From positions 1-64,000 of the forward strand of contig NIVC01001028.1 in the NCBI GenBank assembly GCA_002269645.1: 64,000 bases of DNA, in the 5' to 3' direction. Within the stretch, counting starts at the first letter, position 1, and each line of letters opens with the position of its first letter. A model generated the notes under the pieces. The model saw nothing but the letters and a program-made list of their open reading frames with translations, was not told where the DNA came from and did not search any database. Below, one piece after another: positions 1-10,353 of the stretch. The position numbers were made by a program, and so were the translations under genes. Source of the DNA: Macrostomum lignano (Eukaryota).

Positions 1-1700
1 GGACTCCGTCTGCCAGGATCTCGATTTCGTCTTCGCCTACATTGACGATTTCCTAGTCGCCAGCCGCAGCCCGCAGCAGCACCTGAACACTGGAGCAAAG
101 CGGGCGCTGGCCTCCGCACCATGCTGGTGCACCTGCAGCCGACGCGCCATCGCCCTCACCGTCGACGCCTCGGACAACGCGGTCGGCGCGGCACTGAGAG
201 CAGTCGTCGGCGGCCTGGCAGCCGCTCGCCTTCTTCAGCCGGCAGCTTCGCGCCCGAGCAGAAGTACAGCGCCTTCGATCACGAGCTGCTCGCCCTGTAC
301 CTGGCGGTCCGACACTTCCGCTACACTCTCGAGGGCCGCGTGTTCACCGCCTTTACGGACCACAAGCCGCTGGTCGCCGCGATGGTCAAGATGTCCGACC
401 CGTGGTCTCCGCCCGGCAGCAGCGCCACCTGGCCTACGTGCCCGAGTTCACCACGGACATTCAGCACGTGGCGGGCAGGGACAACTCGGTCGCAGACGCG
501 CTGTCAAGCTGCACGGTCTCTTCGGTGCAGCCCCGGCTGCTCGCCGGCATGGACTTCGCGGCCATGGCGCAGGCACAGGCGATCGATACGGCCAGCTAGG
601 CCGACGCCGCCTCCAGCTCGAGCCGCTGCAGCTCAGTCCTGGCGTCGCCCTGCTCTGCGACATCTCCACGGGCTGATGGCGCCCTCTGATGCCCCCTGAT
701 TTTCGCCGTGCCGTCTTCGACGCCACACACGGCCTCGCCCACCGTCCGCAGCACGCGGCGCCTCGTGGCCGCCAAGTTTGTGTGGGCCGGCATGAACAAG
801 GATGTCAGCCAGTGGGCCCAGTCCTGCGTCGCCTGCCAGACGGCCAAAGTTCAGCGGCACGTCGCCGCCCCTGTGGTTGGTATCCGCGTCCCGGGTCAGC
901 GCTTCGCCTATGTACACATCGACCTGGTGGGGCCGCTGCCGCCTTCGCAGGGCTTCACGCACCTGCTGACGATTGTTGACCGCTTCACCAGGTGGCCGGA
1001 GGCAATCCGATGGTCGACACCTCCGCAGCAGCCTGTGCCTCTGCCTTCATCGCCAACTGGATCGCCAGGTTCGGCGTGCCCAGCGACATCACCTCGGACC
1101 GCGGTTCCCAGTTTACGTCACAGCTGTGGTCCAACGTCTCCCGGCTCCTCGGCATGCAGCTGCACCGGACAACCGCCTTCCATCCGCAGGCGAACGGGCT
1201 GGTCGAACGATTTCACCGGCAGCTGAAGGCCTCCCTCAAGGCGCGAGTGGCCGGATCAGCCTGGGTCAGCGAGCTGTCCTGGGTGCTGCTCGGTATCCGG
1301 ACGGCCCCTAAGGAGGACCTGCCAGCTTCGTCGGCCGAGCTGGTCTACGAAGCGCCTCTCTGTGTGCCTGGTGAGTGCCTGCAGCCCAGCCCGCCGGCCG
1401 GCCGGCGACCACGACCAATTCCTCGCCCGACTCCGCGGTGCCGTCTAAGCATTCCGGCCGACGCTGACGTCCCGTTACGGCAGCCGCCCCACAGCTTGGC
1501 CGGCCGCCCTCGACACCTGCCAGTTCGTTCGCTGCAGCAACCTTATGACGGCCGTTCAAGGTCCTTGAGCGGGACGCCAAAGCATTCCTTCTGGACCTCG
1601 GCACCCGCCGTGACCGGGTGTCAGTCGACAGGTTGAAGCCGGCAGCTATCGATGCAACTGGCCTGGTCCCGTCGCCAGGGCTTCGACCGAGATGCCGTCC
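1..1700 (+). mobile_element. Degenerate Ty3/Gypsy LTR-retrotransposon pol fragment (RT, RNase H, integrase), frameshifted, 5' end outside window
   Basis: RT motif FVFAYIDDFLVAS near 29-65, apparently followed by a deletion; RNase H motifs LTVDASDNAVGA, YSAFDHELLALYLAVRHF, FTDHKPL, DNSVADALS; integrase motifs CVACQ, VHIDLVGPLP, ITSDRGSQF, HPQANGLVERFHR, VSVDRLKP, spread over several frames. Confidence 0.95.
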
Positions 1701-1994
1701 ACCTCGACGGCTCAACAAGACGCCTCCAGCGGTCCCTGCTGCCGCCCAGGCCGCCCCATCCGGCGACTCTCAGTCCGCCACTCGACGTGCCGTCGCCCTC
1801 CCCAGCCGTCGGCTGCCGCCTCGCCGGTGTCATCCGACTTTTTCTGCATCTGCATGAAGGCAGACCAAAGGACTAGCTCTTTCCGCGATGCATTTAGCTT
1901 GGGGTTTGGGGTTTACTTCGGGTATGTCGTAAGTAATGTAGCACACACACAAAACAACTTACTAACGAAAATAATTGCTAAAAATAAAAACCAA

Positions 1995-2935
1995 TTACGC
2001 GCTCATAAAAACATTAGCTTGCTTGCTTTGCATTTCAGAAGCTTCGTCTCCAGGCGGCGCATTGACACCTACAGGGTCAGCGCTAGATGCGCCAGCCACA
2101 GAGCTGCTCCTCTCAGATCTTCGCTTGAGTAGATTCGACACACCAATGTAAGTGAGCTCGAGCAGCTCGCATAGGGTGAGCACACTGCAGCCAATGTACA
2201 AACCCAGAAAGCTGCCAGTGTCTGCTAAAAAGTCAGTGAACGTGTAGGACCAGGTGTGCATAATCTGGGGTGACTTGGTCGACGCAACGGATACTTTGAC
2301 ACTGAGCATGGACTCGGACACGTAGGACCGAAATATGCCCTCCAGGTGGGCTGAGTGGCTTCCGCTGTCAATTTGCTTAGCAATGTCAATCAGCTGGAAA
2401 AGCGCCGGCGCGGACTTCTTGATGACTTCTCTGAATTTACAAAGAATTTTTCAGTTAAACTGCCAACGCTTGGCCACTTGCTGAATGAGAAGCTTACGCC
2501 GTTACGCGCTACTCTGGATACGAGCAAGGTATTTTATCTTTGCAGTAATTAAAGATAAAATAGTAAGTGCTGGATTTTCATCCCGCCGGCATCCCGTAAT
2601 GCATATTGATCGTTTCAGACGCATTCTCGCAGCAAGGCGAGTCGCGATATTTCCATGGCAGCGGATGTCGCTGATTTAGGTGACAGCCAATTTTGCTAAT
2701 TAAATCGCTGTTTAATTTTTCGTATAAGCAGGCGGCGCCACTGTAGTTAAATACTTGTAGCTGTCTCGTCAGCGAGTTAGCGAATTTCACGGGCGAGTGA
2801 TTGTTATATAGCAGTAAACGTTAGACAGATCTTTGCTAAAGGCATTCTCCGTCATGCTCAGCTTCACCGAGTACTCAAAACCCGTAGCCATGTGGAATTT
2901 ATTTTCGTAGCTTGGCGACGAATAAGCTCCTATCT
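1995..2935 (-). pseudogene. Divergent DEG/ENaC paralog, 3' half only, disrupted
   Basis: Manual translation gives colinear pieces FHMATGFEYSVKLS, FNYSGAACLYEK..C..PWKYR..C, SFSKWPS and TM2 FLADTGSFLGLYIGCSVLTLCELLEL; frameshifts near 2795, 2510 and 2440 plus in-frame TGA at 2578-2580; no homology found upstream of ~2940. Confidence 0.8.
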
Positions 2936-4188
2936 TACTCTCCTGATTGCTTGAGCAATTGTTCTCTCGTGTCCTTGTTCTTCTCCTGTGCTCTTACTGT
3001 CTTGTAGTATTGTTCCGTCACTTTCTGTTCGTTTGTTTCATAACTTGTTACTTCGTTTAAATAAAAACGAATCTGTTCATTTGAAGTGTCTGTAATAGAT
3101 TTGAAATGTTATTAGAAGTTTAATGTCTAGTTTAGTGTCTGTAATTAGATGATTAGCACTAATACTAAAGCAATGGAAAATAGCGGAAGTCTATTTAGCT
3201 CGTAGCTACTTTTATCTCAAAAGTGCATTTGTCTCACAGTCATTTGTAACGTGTTCTGCAGCTGCTGCTAATGTATAAAGTGCTCTGAGAAGACCTGTAG
3301 GGACTGCTTAGTTTAATGCGTAAACCTGCACGTCTAACGGGTAAATATGCGTTTGTAAAATATGTCTTTCTAAATATGCCTACTATTTTTTGTCTTCTGA
3401 TATTGGGAATTGTATGTGAAATAGGGGTTGTCAATGCTTAAGGGTGTAGTGTTTTATGTTCTTTTGGTATACTCGTACACATATTATAGGTTTCCCAAAT
3501 TAGAAGGGTCTAAATTGCTAGTTTAATTACTGAAGCCGCGAGTTTTTTGTTCCCTTTGCGAGCGTTCCTATGATAATGCAAGTAAATCCCACATGTCCCT
3601 GGTTCTACTGAAAAAATAGGCAGACACAATTCTCCTGCTCAATATTGCTCACGATGACCATGAAAAATATTGATAACAAGACGGAAGAAAGTCACAGGGC
3701 CAGGGTTCGGATAGGAAAGTATAAAAATGACATTAGAGAAACTGATGACTGATGACAGTAGAGAAAGGGCGCCTGTGAAATGTGGGATTTAATAGCTCGT
3801 AGAATGAGCGGTCGGATTGCGTGGCAACATTTGCACCGAGTATATAATCGTCCATGTTTGTTTTACACTGTATACATACAGTCTGCTTGAAGTACGCTAG
3901 TACGACCCACAAAATGTGTAAAAACTACATGTAGTAAAACGTGTATCTGTCGCAAAAGGTTACGCCACGTACTCGTAGTTTTTGCAGACAATTGCCTAGG
4001 ACTTCTCTCTGCAACACAGAAAACAAACTCTTGGACAGAAGTACTTAGGACGGATTCGGACACTTTGCAGTTTCTAATAAAACATTTCTAAGTGTGGCGT
4101 GTGCTTCAAAAACAAAAAATGTAGTACGACATAAGCGGGTTACATGTCTTTATAAATTATTGCTCCTCTAGTAATATCCATCGGCACA

Positions 4189-5892
4189 TCAGTTTAGTTG
4201 TTTAGCGCGCCTCATGCAACTCGCACGCAGAATCACGTCGTGCAGCAGCTCAAACAGCTCCAGCACAGTCAGCAGAGAGCAGCCCAAATACAATCCGAGA
4301 GCGCTGCCGATGTCAGCGATAAACTGGGACAGATTGTAGTCAAGACTGAATGTTGTCAGAGAGCTCATTGTCGCATCCGCTCGAAGCGTGACGCTCACTG
4401 CGGCTCGCGAAAAATAACGCGACACTCCCTCCTCGAAACCAAGCCTGTCAGAAGCATCCATAAATTTCATAATCTTGACACCAGTTTCCAAAGACCTATA
4501 ATCCGTTGGATCCACAGTCGCTATCATAGATCCTAACAGGTTTTTCACTAGGCGAATCAGGCTGCCCTGGTTCGGCCACAATCCGTACGATGACGTCACA
4601 TCGTACAGCCGCTGATTGCACAGTCGCTTCTCTGAGCACGCTTTGTCCCACGAGCTGTTTGCGCTGTCAGCGTCTTCTCGAGCTCTCAGAAACGCATTCA
4701 TATTTCGGTGGATGGTGTCCATCGATGCCGCTGCAGTGAGGTTGAGACACAAGGCCAAGTGTCTGAACTCCCATGGTGTCGGGTCCGGTGAAGGACTGCA
4801 GTTGTACATCTGCTGTCTGCTCCTGGCGATCTCCGAGTAGTAGCAGTGGGCCTCGCTGTAGCTAAACGCGTCGGCAGAACCGGTGCGCGGGTTGAGGAAC
4901 AACACTGGCTCGTCGTGCTGTGAGACACACTTGCCAGGGAAGTCCGACGGCTTCATGAGAACATCTCGCATCGCGATCGAGATATCATAGGCTCTTCCAG
5001 GACCAAGGCTGACCACAGTCGACGTGAGTCGTGAAGGATACTGACCTCTGGGAGTAAGGTAGAGGTACATTCCGCTGCCTTTATCGAATCCGATTGGGTT
5101 CTCGAGGTCCCAGTCATACGGATATACATTTACTGACTTTCCTGAAACAATTGTAGTCATGTTCGGGAGGCGCTGATCAGGTGGTGAGAACAAACTTTTT
5201 TCGTCAAAGTCGCGAAAGTATGAATCCAAGTGTAAATTAAGCTTGAGTCTGCTGTTTGTGTTTTGCATTTTGAGCAACTCAGCGTCGGTCAAGGCCAGCT
5301 TAAAGCACTTCAGGTGGTTCGGGTGGTACAAGGTCTCGACCGCAATCGGCTTGTCGAGTGTTGGCTCAGAGCCTGCACTGAATATGCCGAAGTTCATGTA
5401 GAAAGTCTGCAGCTTCCGCTGACCGACGATGTCAGCGAGAACTTTGTACGGGAGCGACTGGATCAAGCTTGTTGGCCGAAGCTCGTCCAGTGCGACGGTA
5501 ATGTGGGCCGATGAGTTCAGGGAGTTGAGCGCATCTTGGAATGAGGCATTTGCAGCGTAGAATGGAGTTTTCACCTGGTCAGCTTCGGACTTGTTCAAGC
5601 GACACGTGAAGGATCCAGCTGTTTGCAGACTGTTGCAAAAGTACACGTCGGGAAACTCGAACGGAACCTTTTCGGCTTCGAACTCGGACTTGACGCCCGG
5701 ACTGTTGAGCTTCCCAATGTAGACGATGCAGGTGTTGAGTAGCAGGCCAAGAAAGGATAAAAAAGTGAGCAGCCAGAAAACCCGAAGAGCGACGGGTCGA
5801 CTCGCAGGAGCCACTCGGCCGATAGCGTGAGCGGTGGTGTTGGCCACGGAGTCCCGGACAATCTCTGACAGAGGCAGGCGCTGAGAAACCAT
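4189..5892 (-). CDS. DEG/ENaC (amiloride-sensitive/ASIC superfamily) channel subunit, intronless, copy A, 567 aa
   Basis: Pre-TM1 TTAHA, TM1 VFWLLTFLSFLGLLL, FPDVYFCN, Cys-rich thumb region, WP motif, TM2 IADIGSALGLYLGCSLLTVLELFE containing GxS filter. Confidence 0.93.
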   Translation of the reverse strand: MVSQRLPLSEIVRDSVANTTAHAIGRVAPASRPVALRVFWLLTFLSFLGLLLNTCIVYIGKLNSPGVKSEFEAEKVPFEFPDVYFCNSLQTAGSFTCRLNKSEADQVKTPFYAANASFQDALNSLNSSAHITVALDELRPTSLIQSLPYKVLADIVGQRKLQTFYMNFGIFSAGSEPTLDKPIAVETLYHPNHLKCFKLALTDAELLKMQNTNSRLKLNLHLDSYFRDFDEKSLFSPPDQRLPNMTTIVSGKSVNVYPYDWDLENPIGFDKGSGMYLYLTPRGQYPSRLTSTVVSLGPGRAYDISIAMRDVLMKPSDFPGKCVSQHDEPVLFLNPRTGSADAFSYSEAHCYYSEIARSRQQMYNCSPSPDPTPWEFRHLALCLNLTAAASMDTIHRNMNAFLRAREDADSANSSWDKACSEKRLCNQRLYDVTSSYGLWPNQGSLIRLVKNLLGSMIATVDPTDYRSLETGVKIMKFMDASDRLGFEEGVSRYFSRAAVSVTLRADATMSSLTTFSLDYNLSQFIADIGSALGLYLGCSLLTVLELFELLHDVILRASCMRRAKQLN

Positions 5893-6999
5893 GAGGACTC
5901 TACAGTAAGAATGTAACTTTAAAAGAAAGCTTTGTAACTAACCGCGTGCAATGTCTCTGTATTTGGACATAGAACAGATTATAATCCAAGTCGACAAATG
6001 ACAGATTTGTGGGGATCAATAAACTACCAGCGTCATGTTGCTCTCGATGCAATTAGCTAGCGATTCTCGGTTGAATGCTTTCTGAGAGAAACTTTTTCGA
6101 CAAAGAATCTTGTTTTAATGTGTTCCCGTGTGTTTGCATCCCATAGTGGTCGTTATTTGCATACAGTTATTTGCGTATCTGAGTGCTGCCAGTTTAATGA
6201 CTAGTTTGCTTGATTGTAGCAAACTGCAGCTCAATGTGTGTTAGCTATTAGAAACTATTTTTAATCTATACAGTTACACTATATCCCCCTCTACGTTGTA
6301 TCCTCTGAAAGTATGAAACTGCAACTTGTCGCTTCCTCAGTCATAATTGCCTGCCTTATGGGGATGTAATTTGTAAGCGTAAATAATGAAATCTCATTGG
6401 AGCAAAGCACAGGTGTATTGTGTGCAATACAAGGACCACTGGAATGTTCTAGTCTAGTAGTTCTTGGTGCAATAGAGTAGCATTTTTTCAACAGGGATGC
6501 AAAGCAACTCAAATGGTGCGCGTTAGCATTACTGCAGCACCTGAGGCTACTTGAAGAAGCAAAACTTTAGGCAAGCATGCAGATGTTCAGCTTGCCTCCA
6601 GTCACTGCGCCACACATGGCGTCTGGATCTTCAGCCTAGCGACTAGCGAGCAGCGCCCCCGTTGGGGGGGGGTGGCAACAAAATATGGAATAAAAATTTT
6701 TGAATGAACTAAATATATAGCTTCCAACTCCGACCAATACGACCAATTGTGCTCAGGTTCGCTCCCGAGTTTGTCTGCGCGAACTGTGACTTGGGCTGCT
6801 CACATTTCTCTACTGATGTCAGAATGTAGTAGCCGGAAAAGGTGACTGGATTGGCAATTGGTGACAATGGGTCTGAGTTACCAGTACGCGGACATATGCT
6901 TCACTGTTTTTAGTCCTTGGTTGATTAAGTGTTCGCGTGAAATCGCACAGATCTGGCACTTACATCAAGGAATTTGTGGCGTTTTGTGGTGCAAGAAAA

Positions 7000-7665
7000 T
7001 ATACTCAGCAACAGCTAAAACCTGATAGGGTTTAGGTCCCAACTCACGCTGTCACACGGGCACAAAAGTTAAGCAATGTCTTTAATTCTAGTCTCAGTAT
7101 CGTGTGTAGGAACCACGAGCATGCAAAAGTGCCGTGACTCGTCGTGGCATCCTGATCACCAGCCGGTTGATGAACTCTTGGGGCAGCTGCTGCCAGGCAT
7201 TCAGCACCGCCAGTCGCAACTGTTCAGCATTCTGTGGGGCATCCTGCTGAACTCTTCGCTTTACAAAGTCCCAGACATGCTCGATGGGGTTCATGTCTGG
7301 AGACTTTGACGGCCAGTTCAATGTGCGAATGCCGAGCTGCTCCTTCAGCAGCTGCACGTGTGCTGCTCGATGTGGCGCAGCGTTGTCGTCTTGAAGAATG
7401 CAGTTCTGCGGGCCGCCAAAGGTTGTCGTAGCAAATGGCAGAAACTGCTGCTGTAGCTGTAGCTTTGATGGTTTACCATTGCGCAATGCAGCCACCAGTG
7501 GGTTGAGTTGCGCCATCCCCTCCCCAAATCCCCCATGCCGCACTTTGCGCTCGCGTCTGGCGACGGCAGCCTTCACACATTTCTGAGTCACCGATGGCAC
7601 ACAAAACTTTTGGGCCGTGTGACAGCGTGAGTTGGGGGGGGGGGGTTTAGCTGTTGCTGAGTATA
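7000..7665 (-). mobile_element. Internally deleted Tc1-like DNA transposon
   Basis: Transposase C-terminus LQDDNAAPHRA...WPSKSPDMNPIEHVW; inverted repeats TATACTCAGCAACAGCTAAA and CCAACTCACGCTGTCACACGG at both ends; TA flanks. Confidence 0.9.
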
Positions 7666-8769
7666 GACTTTACGTTTAAGGCTGGTAGTGTTGTGTCGGG
7701 GTGCATCTGCCCTTTTTAGCCAATAGCCCTATCAGGCTTGCAGTCAGTGCACCCGCCACAGCACTTTTCCCCCTTCAGTTGTTTACGCAGTTGTGTACGC
7801 GCCACCAACCCCACTGCCTGTCTGGGCCAGTCGGCTTTGGCTGGCTGCGCCCCCCCCCAGCGCGCCCCCCCTAGCTTGCCCCGCGATTGGCTGGCGGCCT
7901 TTTCTCCTATCGACCTATCACGACCCCGTCGCGTTCTGTAAGCTGTGAGTTTTGTAGGTTTGGCTAGCTGCGCCTGAGTTAGCAATAATACCCCGGGGCT
8001 TAATCAGCTAGTGCTAATATATGTTGGCGTGTGCGGCGGTATGGGAGGCCACCCTCCGCACCGATCTAGGCTCAGCAGACAATCACAAAAATAACCGAGC
8101 TAAAAATCAGTCTATACTTGAAGGCATTCGTTGCCAGAATTGCAGAAAGCCCACTCCTGCCGCCGCCACTGTCACTGCTGTGTCGAGTCAAAGAGTGAGT
8201 CGCGTCACTTGCTTATTTTCAGGTCTAGCTCGCAGCTACAATCCGGCTTATCACAACAATACTCCAAAAAATGCAGCCCCCCCCCCAACTGCTACACCAA
8301 CAACATCGTTACTCTCAAACAACAACCTCCCCAACAACAGATGGCGCCCTACAAACAACAGCAATGCTACATGCACCCTAGCATTATTGCTACCCCAAAA
8401 CAATAAACTATTTCCCAATAACAGCGATAACCCACAATACCCTGGTAACAATGCTATATACCCCACAGCAATAGATTCTCTTAGCATGGTATAGTTTTTC
8501 TGTTTAGTTAGCAATTTAATGGTAATTTGTATTTAAATGAGTTAATAGCTTGAGAAAGGAATGAACTCACTACAGTTTGACGATAAACATGGCAATAAAT
8601 AAACAAACAAATATAGGCCTTCCCAGCCGAGGGGTGTACGATAACCCGCTAGCATGACTGACTTGGAATTACTTGAGCGTCAGAGAGAGCGCGTCGCGAG
8701 AGACCTGCTAGTCTGTCCAACAATGTCCCGCCGTGCTGTACAACTGTAGTCACAGGTCTAGACAGTACA

Positions 8770-9110
8770 GGGCAGGGCTTGACTTACTTGACTTAGCTGT
8801 AGTAGGCATCGTCCGCGGGTGCAGCGAGGAGGCGGAGAAGACCGCCCATTCTGCTAGCTCCTGGCGACCAATGATTTCCGTCGAAGTGATGTCGCTCAGG
8901 GGAACCCGTCGGTCTCGCCTTTAGCGTGGTCCTCACCGGCAGTGGGGAAGAAATCAGCTCGTCTCGTGTCCCGGAGGTAACGGGCGACGGGTAGAACCAG
9001 ATTTGACTCGAGCTGAGTGAGCCTGGCCCTGGTGAAGACCGCGCAGTGGCAGATAAAGTGCTCAGTGTTTTTAGTGCCTGAGCGACAGAATAGGCACCGC
9101 TCTTCAGGTA
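8770..9110 (-). mobile_element. 3' end fragment of a non-LTR retrotransposon
   Basis: C-terminal CCHC knuckle CLFCRSGTKNTEHFICHC and ARYLRDTRR, resembling the end of the 34-36 kb LINE; short-repeat tail near 8770-8800. Confidence 0.55.
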
Positions 9111-9600
9111 CCTGGTAGTTTCCCGCCGAGATTTTCCCGCAGTGCAATTTGCCCGCGAGCGATTTGCTCGCCGAGTTTTCTCCCACCGAGGCTTGCCCGA
9201 AAATGTTTTTCCTAACGGCGTATTTTAGATTCTGTCTGCATTTCCCCCCCCCCCCTCCCAATGCTATAGTACCGCGTAGGTCTTATTTATTTAAGAGATT
9301 TCGAAGACAAAGTGAGACGGCATATGCTTGAATTAGTAGCTCACTGCATGTATATAGAACTGAATACCTACAAGAAAAATATTAATTTGATATGCAGTTA
9401 CTATCAAAACGTTTGATGGGGTAAATACCTTTTATTAAGACTTTCTAACCATTGGAGGGCAATTCAGACAAAATCTGCCGCGTGGCTAAATGTGCTGCTG
9501 CAGGAAAAAAACATGTACTTGGCAAACCTCGGCGGGAAAAAAACGGGCAATTCGTTCGCGCGTCTACCTACTGCCATCTGCTTAAATGGCAGTAGGTAGC
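9110..9600. mobile_element. Foldback-type non-autonomous element (family also at 45620-46810 and, degenerate, at ~57600-57960)
   Basis: Internal inverted arms ATTCTGTCTGCATT..GTCTT..AAGAGATTT / ..CTTTATTAAGACT..CAGACAAAATC; outer ~15-bp GC-rich units of the GGCAAA..CGGCG type. Confidence 0.6.
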
Positions 9601-9770
9601 TGTTTGCAGACTGGAGAGGAGAGAGCGGAGACTTATGGATAGAATTGCATCGAAGCTGCAACTCTCAGTTCTCAGTCCTCATGAACTGGTTTCAGCGTGG
9701 AAACTTTAACATGTAATTGCAGTGTGTCGTATGCAGTTGCTTAAAATGTTTTATTGTATCGTGCCAGAAA

Positions 9771-10051
9771 TAAACTCAGCAACTTTGAAAAGTCGCCATC
9801 ACGTAAGATTTCGTCTGCGGTCGCCACTTTTGAGAGTGCAGGTAAAGTCTCTCGATCTTGCGAGTGACGCAACTTAGCCATGCGCCACGCGAAAGACTTG
9901 AGTTGAGGAATGAAGTGGGGGAGCTGTGTGCGAGGGTTGGACAGATTAAAGCTACCCTGATGAGTTTTCTCGCATCTTTTATTTTAGAATGGTCCAAGAG
10001 AAATTGCTCACTTGCGCATAGAGTGGCGACTTTTCAATGTTGCTAAGTATA
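9771..10051. mobile_element. MITE, ~280 bp, Tc1/mariner-type ends
   Basis: TIR consensus TATACTCAGCAACATTGAAAAGTCGCCAC; ends and interior shared with 38366-38658. Confidence 0.75.
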
Positions 10052-10353
10052 AATGAAATACATCGTGAAAATATCGTCTTAAAGGGAGCCATATTGCTTC
10101 GTTCCTGCGCAACATGGGCTCATAAAATACGCCCAACTGAAATACAAGCTCACAGCATGTATATGTATAATGCATGTATGATGCTTGACGTCGTGTTCTG
10201 ACAAAGCATTTAAAACCTTTAACTGGAGTTCGCATTTCAAAGCTAGAACGAGTTTCAAGAGGTTTAAATTATAAAAAGAGAGATTTCATAACACAAGAAG
10301 AAAATCAGTTCAGAAAGTAAGGCAAAAAATAAACACAAAAAAGAATATGGCAA

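Noticed and set aside
6594-6857. Possible MITE bounded by TCCAGTCAC / GTGACTGGA
   Set aside because: Inverted match is too short, no TSD identified and no second copy in the window.
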